A DNA stretch of 63,440 bases, filler included, from Licmophora abbreviata (lineage: Eukaryota): NCBI GenBank assembly GCA_900291995.1. It is 8 parts of 8 records of this genome, joined end to end, with 100 filler letters (N's around TTAATTAATTAA, not from the genome) between each part and the next. Parts side by side here need not be neighbours in the genome. Positions count along the whole stretch, not along the records: positions 1 to 22,996 come from OLMU01003663.1; positions 23,097 to 34,762 come from OLMU01003664.1; 6 more parts are not named here. One strand, 5' to 3'. Below the pieces are notes generated by a model. The model made no database searches and was not told the DNA's origin. It worked only from the letters and a program-made list of their open reading frames with translations. Below, piece after piece: positions 11,501-25,000 of the stretch (position 1 is its first letter; each line of letters starts with the position of its first letter). The translations under genes were made by a program, and so were the position numbers.

Positions 11501-11700
11501 TTCGCTCGAAGAGGCGGCGTTCAAGCGTGCGTATCATTCATCCTCCCCATCCCTTGTGCTCATTGACGCGTCTCGATGAGTTGATTCGTCGCGCCTTGAA
11601 GAAGAAGACCAAGAGGGGGCGAAGCAAATCCTCGCGACGAGGCATCTACGGAAAGGCGGAACGTGGCGGCAGCGCGGCTCGACGTCGCCTTGACTTCTAA
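8551..11700 (+). CDS. Large disordered Ser/Pro-rich protein with one WW domain, probably nuclear (1049 aa)
   Basis: LPSGWTIHMSSSKHRLYYRHPDWGTTWYCP is a WW domain; basic NLS-like clusters (KRKKKK, KKKTKRGR); many SP/TP sites. Confidence 0.75.
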   Translation: MTTMRSPFGTHNGNRSPASTSTTASLPTLSEVLDMKRKKKKQRQTKHSKKTRKAVARSKENGFGEVTVAVKSDAKTPRISNRRDDSDKNWNKSAASPSKAPVLLRPKPSDSSSKHLLRLQHSMEARRSEPSLHGNDRSRSSSTSRKPRSDALTISQRRATKTTVVGQREAKKPFESRQEVTTDAVQSPPDQGMDCSPDDLSLSLDDIDSSPETLEGNNQASKHESKTVRGSVRPVVTKDMLRRARAVDVDNKAVFEAMLRSGSPRTTKVWTTDQEHAFLVGTTVGESADCSASLDGSEVTLLSTEQGVSKEAVKTAKMRQVAKAPSPCCDNAILKLTHQDVPLPLVGKTANPVNGETLKHTCLTKKDSTWNRIHQETSPRNTVGPTSANLRVNTEQQPTSRTSPHESDVSDEENLILEVDGRSMKHPILPSGWTIHMSSSKHRLYYRHPDWGTTWYCPVVASKKAKRNDNQIKEQPTDTIQHPESNPAQSSTASRSGALNKPACQLPTSSTKLNAGDMEHRSFPLSSIPVQENEGLRSEKYTKGLADILDASKAFELEENESACTVDGSSSLDVERNERARIREKSGEQTVLKALALGQRRESLESLLQSEEMTMSSSANDAFASMAMAQVLAAQPDPQESPKQLHEKSHGNENSESLDKASPTSSEHIRVVESEDSHQEQPFNNLAVVTESLIELANSQTVRSHSLHEDFPQPEMGSPPEKGGRIESGDQVSTCDDSPVEEVIGSATLATAATKKPAVASLGVVKNGTFESQVENYVFAMSHCDIELSPHSKSVSPTKRTSPSGRFSEDSKRSESPRKKWHETLTKADALSPTERPTPPTSPESSIQPMSPDSMGSDDSPMQGTSPGNSRPSCPDRMDGDSIKLDSRPDAQDDSPLEPSPIKSMSPDAFIGSISYLSNQKRRRDALDDRPAVVAPSLFDNLLKSSSPGDVGYEHSTARHEMISHNEATSVATSFTGNNSWEGIRSKRRRSSVRIIHPPHPLCSLTRLDELIRRALKKKTKRGRSKSSRRGIYGKAERGGSAARRRLDF

Positions 11701-11851
11701 GAGGGATCCGGAAAATGGCTTTGTCTGCAGTTAGCATGAGCAATACCAACATGACATTACTTGCACGGGCAGAAGGAGGCGTGTCTATAATGTTCTGTAG
11801 ACGATTCCGAATAGTGAAATGTACACATGTGTATGACAGTCTGTGCGCTCT

Positions 11852-12520
11852 TTACTCCTTGTAGCCCAGAATGCGATTGACCTCATGAGGCGCAAGTTCG
11901 AGCCGCAAGGGCACAGCCAGCAATGGACTGGTGCCTGCTCTTGGCTTCTTATTGGTTTGATCAATCTGATATAGAATAGTTCCCACTTGTTCGTACTCCA
12001 GTAGGATATCAACAATGGCCTGACAGTGACACAAGTAATCCATCTCAGTCTCGTGTCTAAATTTGCGCGATCCCAGGCGAAAGGGCAGCACATTCAAATA
12101 GACGGCTCGCATCCCAAGAGTATCCACTGCCTGGAAGTCAACGTCAAAGCATTCACCCCACTTTTCGAGAATGACATCTCGCAGTGCGTATCCGTCAAAT
12201 ATTTCGTCATCATCGTCCTGTTGTTGTTCTGGATCCATCGAGCGACGAGCGCGTTCGGCTTGAAAGGCTTCCACGTTTAGAATGTCATCGTCGTTGTCGC
12301 TAGTTTGTTCTTTACTATTCATTCGAAGAGTAGTGGTAGTAGTAGAAGTAGTAGTAGTAGTAGTTGAAGTGTAAAGATAGTGATTGTCCGCCTCCGCCGC
12401 GGCTAGTGACCTCCTTGAAGTCAAGAACGAGGCAATCGAGGAAGTAGTGCGTACCGAAAACGCCGCTGTTTGGAACTTCCAAACAAGACAAGGAAGGAAC
12501 GCCGTTCGTGTGAATTTCAT
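11852..12520 (-). CDS. DUF3067 family plastid-targeted protein
   Basis: Signal + TAA|FSV presequence with Thr/Ser-rich transit; 'GYALRDVILEKWGECFDVDF...YLNV...F...E.DYL.H...KPR.G...AVPLRL' fits DUF3067. Confidence 0.75.
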   Translation of the reverse strand: MKFTRTAFLPCLVWKFQTAAFSVRTTSSIASFLTSRRSLAAAEADNHYLYTSTTTTTTSTTTTTLRMNSKEQTSDNDDDILNVEAFQAERARRSMDPEQQQDDDDEIFDGYALRDVILEKWGECFDVDFQAVDTLGMRAVYLNVLPFRLGSRKFRHETEMDYLCHCQAIVDILLEYEQVGTILYQIDQTNKKPRAGTSPLLAVPLRLELAPHEVNRILGYKE

Positions 12521-12710
12521 TGTTGTTTCGAAGAAGGGTTGTTTGAAAGATAGAGGTGAGCCAAGTTCAAGAGTCAGTAGAGAGTATGATACTGAATGAG
12601 GTTCACACAAAGTAGAAAGTAGATATCAACAATCATTGTGGTCTAGATTCTAGATTCGCCGTTTGGACTTTGCCAAAAGTTGGAAGAGAAGATCTTTCGG
12701 AAGATCATTC

Positions 12711-12738
12711 ACAGACAGACAGACAGACAGACAGACAG
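12711..12738 (+). repeat. (ACAG)7 microsatellite in a divergent intergenic region
   Basis: Read directly from sequence. Confidence 0.95.
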
Positions 12739-13009
12739 TATCATAGACGGAGTACGATGGCTGTTCGCAGCAAGCGAACTCACGAAGTGCTATTTTTAAT
12801 TTTTATTTGGAACTGAGATGAATTTTGTCCCGTACGTGTAGAATTCGTACTGAAGCCTACGTCCATTGGCACTCGAAATTCCGCGATTGACACACACAGC
12901 CATTCTAAATGTTGCAATCACCCGTGACCAAGGCAAGAGGGTGGTCTTGTGTCGTCTGCATCGCAGCAAAGACCTCCGTACCTCGCAAAGAGTAGTTCCT
13001 GACTCGACC

Positions 13010-16000
13010 ATGTCGCCAGCGCCGTCTGCAGAGTCGCCCGGACGCGAACGCGCCATCGAAATGCTCATGGACATGGAGCCGCAAGGTCCTTTGTATCGTG
13101 CGTCTCGGATTCTGGTATGATAGGATACGTGTGTTTGTGCGAGGATCGGTTTTCAAACACACACGGGCTCACACTCTTTCATCCATCATCATCATACTCG
13201 TACGACACTCAGGACGAAGCAGTGCCACAGGCCTTGGCCAGTCGGCCCAATCTCATTACGCGAGCAGCGCTGGTAGACAAGGCGTACTCCCTGGCCGATG
13301 CCCAGGTCGATACGGTCGAGGAGTATCTTCGCCTTTCGTCTACATCGCGCGCGACTGATCACAGTGACACGGAAGAAGCAATACATCAAGACTCCGTCGA
13401 CAAGGATCGCATCTTACAACATTTCGACAGGATCCTTGCTGCGTCCTCCCGTCCTGTGGCTCCCTCGCTCGACCACATCATTGAGGATCTCTTGGGCGGG
13501 AAGGACTGCACTGTCGACTGGCGAGGAGTCCTACCAGACGAGCAACACCCGGAACAAGCCTCTCTCGAACACCGACTGGGCCAAGCCTGTAAGGACCCCT
13601 CTGTCCCATCTCTTCTCGTGGCTGCCGTGTCAGTCCTCGAGTCCATCGCCACCTCGGACCCGACCAGCGGATCGCTCAAACCGAATCGCGAAAGAGTGCC
13701 ATCCGATGCTGCACTGCAGGTAGGATCCATTCTCTCACTGCTACTGCCTGTCGACCAAGATCAATCATTGGATCGGCAACTCTTGGACTATTTCGGAACG
13801 GCAGCGGCTGTCTTTGAACAACGACTCGAGCTCACGGAGGAACAGTCACGACGAACTCTTCATACACCGCCACCAGCAGTCGATCCCACTCTCGCCTCTG
13901 CTGCGACTGAGACTTCGTCACTAGAGGAAGCGACGGGGAATGGTACAAATGTCGACGACGACGAGTCGCAGGACTCGGAGGACGACACTCGTGAATATCA
14001 GCCCCTGGCGCCCTTGATGCACGATGCTTCTTCTTCGTCTTCGTCTTCGAGTTCCTCGGAAGCTCCTCTTCCGGAGCAGGAGGATCCCGAAGATGATGAT
14101 GATGATGACGACGACGATGCACTCGCAGACGACGACGACGACGACGAAGATTACAATGAAGACGACGACGACGACGATGAAAGTGACGAGGAACAAGACG
14201 AGGAAGAACCAGAAGACATGCTGCGCGAAGCTCTCGCGATGAGTTTGGAGGACCATGCTTCCCTCTTTGAACAAGCTGAAGCGAATGACGATGAAGCGAA
14301 TGAGCTTGATCAGGTGGAACGAGCTCGTGAGGAAGAAAGCGACGACACTGATGATGACGAGGTGCAAAACGAAGACATTGCTCAAGACGGAGGTGCTGGA
14401 AGTCTCCAGGAATCGTTCGAACGCTATCTAAGCAGCGTCGCTGACGGGGATGAAGAATACGTGGACAGCCCCGAAGATCCCGTCGATCCTCCGTGCCTGA
14501 CACCGGAAGCCGTTGTAGTGATGGGAAGTGAAAGCGGAGAGGACGATCTTGTTCTGCCTCCCTATCCGACACCTCCTCCTGTGTACCCATACAATGTCAA
14601 ATTTGGCACTGTCAATGATCCCGATCTGGACCAGACGGAAGAGAACTCAGCAGAGACTTCTTCACACACTGAACCTTCGTCATTTTCCAATTTTGGGGCT
14701 GTCCCTTCCTCTCGAGTGTTGCGTTTCTTGCTCGCTGCTACGAAACGCATCGTGCGGCAGCGTCTGCCAAAACGTTCAGAGCCGAGCATAGCGCATTCCG
14801 TTCCTGGTGGCACAGGTTCAACCCTCTTTCCGCAACGATACCTGTCACACCCATTGCTTGATGATACGTCTGGTGAGCCTGACAGGGATGAGACGGTCTC
14901 GTTGCACCTGTTAGTAGCGCTGGTGGTGATTTTGGAAGAGAAACGGACTCGAGCGTTCGAGAATCTCAGGGATATCATGTCCCAGGAGGAAACCAAGGAG
15001 CCTGAGGACGACGACGAAGATCCTTTGATCGATGAAGACGATCCTGCACTGGCCATGGCCATGAATTATGTGGAGGAGTCCACAAGTCCTGCTGAGAGCT
15101 TCGAGGCTCTGGAGGCCAAAGGAATGAGACGAAAGGCGGCCGCAGCTGCTCACGATGCAGCTCTCCGCGTGAAACGTATCCAGACGGAGACCGAAGCGTG
15201 GAAAGATCAGGCAAAGTTGCTAACACAGTGTACCCTCCAAGCTTTGAAGTGTCTTCGAATTTTTCTGCAGTCGATCGTATCGACATGGCTTTACCGCGAA
15301 TCGTGCTGCTTCTCAGTCGAGGAGAGAGGGATCGATTGTATGGGTCAATTGCCGCCTTACTTGAGATCAAGGCTATCGTCTGCACTTGACTCTTTAGCAT
15401 CTGTCACATCCTTTGAAGCTTTCTCGGCACTTAATGCTGGGGATGATAAGAACAAACTCTCTGAAGTACTGATGCCTCTCGAGATGTACGAAGAGAGCCT
15501 CCTTGCATGGGGAGAATGTCTTCCATTAGTTCACCCTGAAGCTGACGCAAGAAAAGAAGTTCTTGAGTCTTTGCTTAAGGCTTACAAGGCTGAGCCATGT
15601 GACTCTTCGATAGATGTAGAGGCTTTGGTGGGATTTCCGACATCCCTTCGAGAAACGAGGAAACACCGACTGCAGATACTCTGTCGACGGTTGTGTGTTC
15701 GTGATCTTCTCAACGATCTTATCCCACACCCTGTCCCGTACAATCCGGACAAATCTGGTCGGCTGAAAACCGACAGCTTTGAAGAACCTGAAGGGTCAAA
15801 AGCGTTACTTCATGACTCCTGTCGAGCTAGCTCTCTTGTGAAATTGCTGCGGTCGTCATGTTCGGTGTCAAAAGACCAGGAGGTGATCGAAGTCGAGCGT
15901 CTGTTTCGTGCTGTATGCCACCGATGCAATGTACATATCCTACTTTGGGACGGGCTGTATTCTTGCTCCCAGGACGACGTGGGCGTAACTTCAGGTCCCT

Positions 16001-19000
16001 CCGTCTCGGCGACTGCATTGGCAACAGGTTCCACACGTTTCAATCCCACCCCCTCCGATAGCCTTGTATTTGATTCGTCAAAATGTTCAGAATCAATAGC
16101 CATCCTTTCGAACGTCGAGACAGGCTCTTCGGGCAACGGTTTCTCAGCGCTCCAGCGAGCCTCGAAAGTGTGGGGAACCGTCTTGTCGGGAGCTTCGTTT
16201 AATCCCAAGACGGGTGTGCACCGGTGGGCCATTCGACTCGACAAATGCGAACGTGGTCACGTTTTCATCGGCGTCACGACGTCGCAAGCAACTTTGCGAA
16301 CATATGTTGGGGGAGACAAGTACGGATGGGGTGTGATTGGAACGCAGGCGCTTTGGCACGACCGACGAAAGGTACGCCTTCAAAAGAGCATTCTTTTATA
16401 CGTTTGTTATTCTGTAGCTGACTTATACGTTCCCACTTTCTTGATCGCAGACACGGGGCGACTACGGCTCGACTTTCCGCACTGGTGCTACAATAATTGT
16501 CACTCTGGACACCGATGCTGGTACGCTGAGCTTCAGCTCCTGGACAGAGAGTAGTAGCACACCGTCGTCCTTTTCTGTCGACCCTCTGCTTCAGAACCTC
16601 GCGTCCCCGCGCCGCCAGGGCCAGGACGGAGGTGGAACCCTCGAAGACTGGGGAGTGGCGTTCGAAGGGCTGCCTCTCGACTCGCGCTTGTATCCTGCTG
16701 TTGGGTTATATCAACGAGATGACCGAGTTACTTTGCTAGGCATTGGGAGCGGCAGAGAGTCATCCAGACGAGACGGCGACATTCTCATGGGTGGCCAATG
16801 CTTTTTCCCTAAGATTCCAGAGACCAAAATTGCCTTGCACCGCCCGGTTTTACAAGTTCGGAGGCACAACAATCTGTTGTCCTGGGATGGCATCCAGTAT
16901 TGCAATGCCGCTCTTACTAGCCTGTCCAGAATGCTTCATTCCCGAAGCGAGACTGACCGTTCATTGTCCCTCGACCTTGGCGAGAGCGTCGCCTCCTCGC
17001 TTTGCCTGGTTCCTCCTACCATACCGGTACTGTCACAGCGTTTGGCGTTGTATGTGCTCCCACAACTTACGCAGTGCATACGCCATATCCATGACGCCCT
17101 GCAAGAAGACGACCGCCTTTTCCGACATGGTTTAGTGGGTGGGAAATGGGTGATGCGAGCAACCGGCTCGAATTGGAATGCCAGCTCAGCAGAGTACGAG
17201 GAATATGTCGTTACTATCTCAGAGACCCGAAAAGACGACCATCCGCTGGGTTTCCAGGGATCGGGTATTGGCACTACAGGCAAGTCTAAGAATGGTGTCG
17301 TGAAGATTTTCGGCACCGTTCAAGGGTCCGCGCTTCATTTTGTGGAGGATTGGAACGATGGGACGGAGAATGGATCAACATCGGAATCCGATGACACTTC
17401 CTCGAGTTGTGTGGTAAATGCCAGACTGAACCTTGATGGACGCAAATTCGAAGGATCCTATCTGAATGTGCAGTATGGGACTACGGGGCATATTTCTGGG
17501 ATGAACGTAGCAGAAAGTTCCAAGAAGAGTGATCGCGAGAGTACATTGGCCACATGCGAAGCCCTCCTGTATCTTGCTCATGGGCATCTGGCATGTATTC
17601 TCAGTGAGGACTCAGCTGGGGATCATGAACAGGACCCCGAGGACGACGGAGCATCAGTTGCGTCTTCCTCCCATCTTTCGAAACTGAATGCTCTTCTGGA
17701 TAGTCCTCTACTCTCAGGCGGAATAGAGGGCAGTTTGAAGCTCAGTCAGTCAATAGCATATCTCAAGCAGCTCTACTCGCCCCCGCGAAGCTGGCGGGGT
17801 GCAAACGAGCAAGAAAGTCTATATTCTTTTGTCAATGAGATGGTTATCGAAGAATCAGAATCTTTACCTGAACTATCATTTCAACTGGAGGAGAACGTTA
17901 GAGCCATGGACGGGGAGATGTCATCTCTCGAGGGTGGGAAAGGCTCATTGCATATGCTTTGTCCAGAAGAGTTTTCTACGTCACGCCAGAAAATTATCTC
18001 TGTGCTCATCCACCATTCGGGTCTTGCAACGGTATTGATCAACGGAATGAGCAGTTATTCTCCTGGTGTCGTCGCCGACTTAGCGACAATTTGGCGCTTG
18101 GGTTCGAACATTCTTGACAGTAGAGTACGCACCTGTCTGTTGATTTCTTTAGAAGAAGGCGACGGTGTGCCTCGTCGAAAAGCTGCCGTCCAGGCTTGCG
18201 AAGTAAGTGATCAGATCTCCTCTTTTCTTCGATCAACCAAGACAAAAGAGGCAGCAGACAAAACTCTGCCGCATATTGCAAATCTGGTTTCGAACTTTTA
18301 CTCATTTGTTGACAGTGAAAGAGACCTTACCTATCTGGAAAGAGAAATGGAAAGGGCCAGAAAACGGGCGCTGCTCCGAATGATGTCACTCCGTCATGTT
18401 TGTGACCTTCTCCAGGAGGACGAGGGTGGCGAATGCAGAAAGCATGCGCAAGCGTTGATGGAAAACTTGACTGTCAGCGTGCCTTGGCTTATGGGAAGGA
18501 CGTCGGCAGGGACCGTAAGAACAAAGGGCCTCCCCGTCGCTGGCGCACACTTTGACCTCGGTGGACACTATCTGTCGCGGCTAGCAGGCTCTGGGATTGT
18601 CGTAGAAGGGGTTATCAGTCGTCTTGTACACAAAATCTACTTCCGTTTTGGAGAACTTCTTCGGCAGGTTGTTGAGACTGGTACCGGAGGGGCCGATCCC
18701 TCTCCCAGATCAATGTGCTTAGCGATTCTTGCAGCATATACTCTGTCAATGCGTATCGACGATCTCTCGCCGATCGTTAAAGAAAGTGGGATCATTGAAT
18801 CCCTTGCCAAGATTCTCTCCACCTGCAGAGGAAGCATACAGACTAAGAAGTTAGTCGAAGTCCCCGAGGGAGAACCTGCTGAAATCGTTTCCATTCGTGG
18901 ACTGAAGGACATTGTGCTCAGAGATTCTCTACGTTCGATATTGCGTGCGGCCTTATCTGTGACGCATGTCATCATATTCCAGGCATCACACCACCTGTCA

Positions 19001-22000
19001 AGGCCTGATGTTCTCGATTCGTGCTTGAGTCTTCTTGTCAACGAAATGGAAGAGGGCATTCCTTTCGTCGAGACGATTGCTCGCAGAGAGCTTTCCAACT
19101 ATGAGGACTTACAGGCAAGAAACGAATGGGAAAGATTTGTCCGGGTTAGGTTCCCGAATGATTCTGGCCAAGCCCCATCTAGCCTCAGTATTGGGAAACC
19201 GACTCCTATTTGTGGATCCGGACTGAGCTTCTTTCTCAACACCGAAAGCACTACTCAGTCACTGGGATCGCTCGGAACTCCGCAGAAGCCCAAACGGAAG
19301 GGTGTACAGGGGAAAGCAGATGAGTCAAATACTCGAGCCGACTCTCTCCGCTCGTCAATGGGACCAGCTTGCCACCACTATCTTTCGCAGTTGCTACACT
19401 TGCTGAGTTGCACGTTCAAATCAAAAACAGGTCTTCGCGCTTTCGTCAGAAACACGAAATGGATTGATATCGTACTGAAGTCTGCTGGCCTTGCCTGCTC
19501 GCTGAGCACCAGTGCTGACTTTACCAGTGCGACGCTCAGCAGTGCGGGCTTAGACTCTTGTCTCCTTCCTAGCCGGTACCGAACTCGAATCCTGAGACTT
19601 TTGGGTGGGGTGCTTCCATCATGTACGGCGCACGTAGAGCTTGTGAAGGTGCTGTTTTGCCTTGCTGGCACATCACACCCTCTTGCTTGTGGTGGTACTG
19701 ATACGGAGGAAAACTCGGTATCTCGAGAAGCCGTCTCGCTTCTACGACATCTGCATTCTCCGCTTCACCCGGAATGGCGACAACAGGTTCATGCCGTATT
19801 TGCTTCAATCGCAGCGTCGCATGGAGATCGTGTTACTGAGTTGCGAGTCGGCAGCCTCGCGCTGCTTTCTGGTTCTATTTCCACAATCGAGCAAGGATCC
19901 TTCGTGCTGCTGAAACCTCCCGCAGCGTCATCAATTTCGTCGGAGATCTCATCTGCGACAGGGGGTAAAACGCACGGGTTTTCGACTACTGGAGGAGCTG
20001 GGAATGCGTCAGTTCCGCATCATGTTGTTGGCAACGGCACTGAGGGCATTGTCGCTGGGCTTTGCCGGAATGATGCACCAGCTGGCATCGTCAGCAGTGT
20101 GGACGTCAAGACTGGCATGTGCGAGGTCATATTGTTGGAGAGGCATCGCTCGCGCACGTCAGAGGAAAATGCAACTTCATTGGCTTCCATCGGGGTTCGC
20201 CCTGCAGGGAAGGGGTCCAGTACCAATAAGGTCACTCTGACGGTCCGGGCGATACGTACACCCCTATCAGACGTCGCGAATGCCGAGGAGGTACCCATCT
20301 TCTTGGACTCGAATCTTCCATGGAGTGACGTACTTCGTTCGCTCCCCTCCGTTCTAGAGTCTGTTTCGAGAACCGATCCAGTTGTTGATGGAGAAGTAAC
20401 TGAGGCTGCCGGAGACTGCTCCGTCGACAACAAGTTGGTAGAATCCGCCTGTGCCTTATTGACACTTCGCGCTGCAACAGTGATCATTTCAGACGAACGC
20501 CTTCTCAAAGTATTCATGGAGACGGAATCTTCTTCTTTGGTGCTCCAGAGCGTCCTTAAACATGCATCCTCCAGCAGATTAGTCGAATCGTTCTCGTCTC
20601 AGGTGCCAAATGATGCGATCTCCGACAGCATGGCAAGCCTTCCGTTTCGCGAGGCCCGATGTTCTTTTCTTCTTTCAATGCTACGGGAAATCCGTTTTAG
20701 GGCGTCACTGACAGAGCGAACCACGCAAACCCTTTGGGAAGACTTGCTGTCGATCTATCTGGGTCGCAATGCCCCCGTTGATAAGGAGGAGAATATCTCC
20801 ACGTCTGAAGGTACTGGCGACATGTCCACATTCCTGGCAACCGCTGGTGCCAGCGAAGAAGCTCTGAGACAAATTGGTCCAGGTGCCACAAGTGGCGAAG
20901 GGCGTGTCTCCCAGTCTACAAGAGACCTGTCCCAATCTTCTGCTGATGTGAGTGGCATGGTCGAGGAGACAGAGAGCGAAGCTGCAGCCACGGCTGCGGC
21001 CCATCTTCGTGAGGCGGCCATCGCCCAGATGGCTGAGCTAGGTCTGCCTCGCTCGTGGTCTGAACTCGCGCTGCGTCGGACGGGTGGCACCAATATTGAG
21101 GCTGCAGTCCATTTCTGCTTGGAACGGGGCGGAGATATGGAAAGGCTACTGACGGAAGAACGAGAACGTGAAAGAATGATGCAACGTCAGAGTAGTTCGT
21201 CTGCGACTCGTCGCACCTCCGGGGACAGCAGCCCTTCCAATCATATGCTTCAGCAGCTGCTTGAAATGGGCTTTCCAACCCGGTGGTGTGCTGAAGCTCT
21301 TTCAGCCACGGGAAATAATGTGGACGAAGCCCTGACATGGATCCTGACGAACGGAGAGCGCTTGAGCGCGGAAGATGAGGGAATAGAAGAAGAGGATGAT
21401 GACGATGCGGAAGAAGCAGAAGCTGATGACGGAGAGGAAACTGAAGAAGACGAGGAAGAGCTCGGCTTAGACATGTCTGAAAGATCGGAGTTAGCAGGGC
21501 TTGAGAATGATCTCCATGGAACGCACGAGCCGCGATCGAGGTCAGTCGGTGCGGACGAAGAGGAGAAGAGTAACATGAACGACCAATCGTTTGGACCCGG
21601 CGACTCGCCTGAGGCAGAGCACACCGTAACAGGATGGCGGGGCTCCATAACGCCGCTATGCTTCATCTCGGGAAGATCTACAATCAACCCCCAGACACTC
21701 GCTGTGTCCGGACTTCCGACTGGTGGGTTTTCGTCGGTTGGAACTAAGGGGGTACTGATAACAGAAGGGAAGTGGTACTACGAAGCCATTCTGGAAACTG
21801 CGGGTTGTCTACAGATAGGTTGGGCAGACGGAAGCTTTTCAGGTCACTGCAATGCAGATCGAGGGGACGGCTGCGGAGACGGACCCAGCTCATGGGCTTA
21901 CGACGGGTGGCGACGATATCGATGGCATTCGAGTGCGACAGAATGGGGGTGCCGATGGAAGGAAGGAGACATCGTTGGCTGCCTTGTCGATATGGACGAA

Positions 22001-25000
22001 AATATTATTTCATTCACCCTGAATGGGAAAGGAGAAGAAATCGGAATGGGGGTTGCATTTTCCGGATCCGGGTTTCGCCCATGTGGTGGCATCTACGCGT
22101 GCGTGAGTTTCAACAGACGAGAGAAGCTTCGATTGATCCTTGGAGGTAGCAGGAGCGAACCCTTCAAGTACCAGCCTCCATCTGGTTACAGAGGTGTGGG
22201 AGAGGCAGTTCTTGACAGAGTCGAAGAGTTGGACAGACTTCTCAAGAAAGAAGAGTTGTTGAAAGTTGAGTTTAACGGCGAGGTTGGCGACGAACAAGAA
22301 GATTCAAAGCGGTTTTTGTGTGATTTTTCTGATGGGGAGCATGGACACGAGCTATTCGCATGGCAGCATCGGTACTACGGGTCGGACGCCTCTGTACATC
22401 TCGGTTCTGGTCGCAGCTCGAAGCAGGCAACTGATTTGTCGAAACAATTTTGCTCCACTGAGTCATCACTGGACTTGCTTGCGATGTCCCATGCGACAAA
22501 ACACATTGACAAAAAATGGTCTAGTATCGGCGTTTCATCTACTCTTGGCTCAGTCGAAGACGCAAGCCCTGATGCGACTCGGCTCTTATCGAAAGTGCGT
22601 GAGGGATATAGGCAGGTTGCACAGATGCTTGAGAAAGAGTTTTTGAGTGAAAGTGCGGCGCTCAGTATTCTCTACGCCCGAAAGCTAATTATGCATCTTA
22701 TGATTTCGATTGGTGAGGACCTTGACCCACAGAAGCTTATCCCTAAAGACAAGCGACGGGATGATGAGTACGAACTCGCAACAGCGCGGCAGCTCTGGAC
22801 CGTTGTACGCTCATGCGTGAGTCTTCGGGCGGCTGGCTGGGTTGGCGAGGCCGGCGCTATGGCGCTAGCAGCGGAAGCGCTTGGTCTCGGAATATCAAGC
22901 AACGAGAGCCAGTCGCGACGCACATCACCTGTTCGTGGGGGCGTCTCACTGAGCGAGGATGGCGAATACGTGGCTCTGCCGTGCGCAGGCACTTCTNNNN
23001 NNNNNNNNNNNNNNNNNNNNNNNNNNNNNNNNNNNNNNNNTTAATTAATTAANNNNNNNNNNNNNNNNNNNNNNNNNNNNNNNNNNNNNNNNNNNNCTTG
23101 CTGGTGCAAGAGTCACCGGGAGCAGCCTAGGAGCATGTGCAGAGGCCGCCCTTGGAGGAGTTGGTGGAGGCGGGCCCTTGATATTCTTGCGGAAAAGCCT
23201 CCAGAGCGCTGTCAGCAGGTCACGTGTTCTCCGAGACCTTCTGGTTGCAGTTATCAGACAGTCAGTCCGTCTCCTAGCGGTAGTGGATTACAGGAACGAT
23301 GAATCATTGATGCAGGGCAGTCTTGAGGTATGAAGCTTGTCCCAGGTGCTAAGGCTCGCTCATGATAATTTTTTTCTCACTTTCTTCGACTTCTGTGGTA
23401 CTGTATAGGATCTCGACATGGATCTCGGTTCAAGCTCATTCAACCGACCTCCACAACGTCGCGAAATGGAAGAAGACCAGACGGCGAAATCTCTGCAGCC
23501 TGATGCCCGACTTGTTTCTTTCTTGACCGGTCTCTTGCTCAGTAGTACCGGGATACAAGACGGTATCAAAGAAAACGGAAATCTCATGAAATCGCTATTC
23601 GAAGCTTGGAGTATTGGGATCATGTCAGGATCCATGCCGTGGCGTATGATATCTGCTTTCCATGCTGCAGGGATTCTTAGTCTATTTCCAGAAGCGCTTG
23701 GGTCTGCAGTCAACGAGTTCCCATCCCTGGCTCGATTGTATGGCCGTCTGAAAAGCTCTGTAGTACGTCGTGTATGGGCTGAGCGGGCCGCAGTGCCTGT
23801 ATGCTCACGTTATGTTCAATCTATGATCGAGCTCCTTGCTAGTGTGAGAAGAGCAGTTGAAATTACCGATATATCCGAACCGTCATTTTTGAACGCGTGG
23901 CATGAAATTGCGGTGGACTCTGCTACTCCAAGTCCCAGTTGCCCGAATTCTTCATGCAGAACTAGAACCAGGCCGCCTGCGTCATGGTGGGAGTGGGACG
24001 ATGGTTGGATAGCAAATGACTCGGCCTGGGAAGTTTGGCTTGGATCTGTCGAATGCATGACTGTTGATTGGACTGCTCCCTCGAGATCTGCAGTGAGAAC
24101 TCTCATGGACGGAGGAGACGGTCCACCAATGCTTAGCGAGGGATGCAAAGTCACGAGAGGCGTTGACTGGGACGAGGATAGAAAAGAAGATGGCAAGGAT
24201 GCCTATGAGGTAGAAAAGAGAGCACGTGATAAGCAAAAACAAGCTGACAAAGAACAAGCAGAAAATACAGCAGGCGAAGAGCCCGTGGCCTCCCCCACTA
24301 ATGAGAGATCCCTGACTGAAGCTGAACGGAACGATCCAGCCTCATACGCTGCTCCAGCTGACATCACCACCCCTTCAAATGAACATTCTGAAGCGATCCG
24401 TGCGAACAACGCACCTCATCCCGGCGAGAAAAAGAGAAGGAGACGAAAACCCCCGAGTCCAAAGCTGCCTATTGGCACCGTCACCTCTATCGAGCCCTGG
24501 GACGGCGTGGAGGCAATGGGGCGACGCATCAAATGGCTGCGCACGGGCGTCGAGGGTGTTTACCGGTACGGCGGAGACGGCGGCCGGTTCGATCTCGGTC
24601 ACGTTGAAGTCAACGAGAAGTCAACTAGAGTGAAAAAGAGACACCCACTTCCTGAGAGCGCCGAACAGATTGCCGCTCGCCATGGGTTTGGTGTGGAAAG
24701 ACGGTACAGTGTAATGCTACGACTACGACGAGAGGGCGAAACTGAAGACGACGACGACGGGGAAGTTTTGTCACTCCGAGAAGGTATCCTTGAATGGCCA
24801 GACTTCGGCGCTGGCATTCGAGTCAGCTGCGTTCTTCATTCTGATGGCGCGGTCACGTTGACGGAACGAGAGCTGTTGTATGGCTCGAAAGATTCTGGAT
24901 GGGAGGCTCGTTTCGGGCAAGCTTCGTTCGTTCCTGGCACTGTCATGGTGCTGAGTCCTACCGGATCTCTGAAGAGTCAAGCCGAGGTTGATGCTCGATC

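Noticed and set aside
14090..14180. (GAT/GAC)n tracts, also (TAG)n at 12329-12363 and 54420-54438
   Set aside because: Encode ordinary poly-Asp, poly-Thr and poly-Ser tracts
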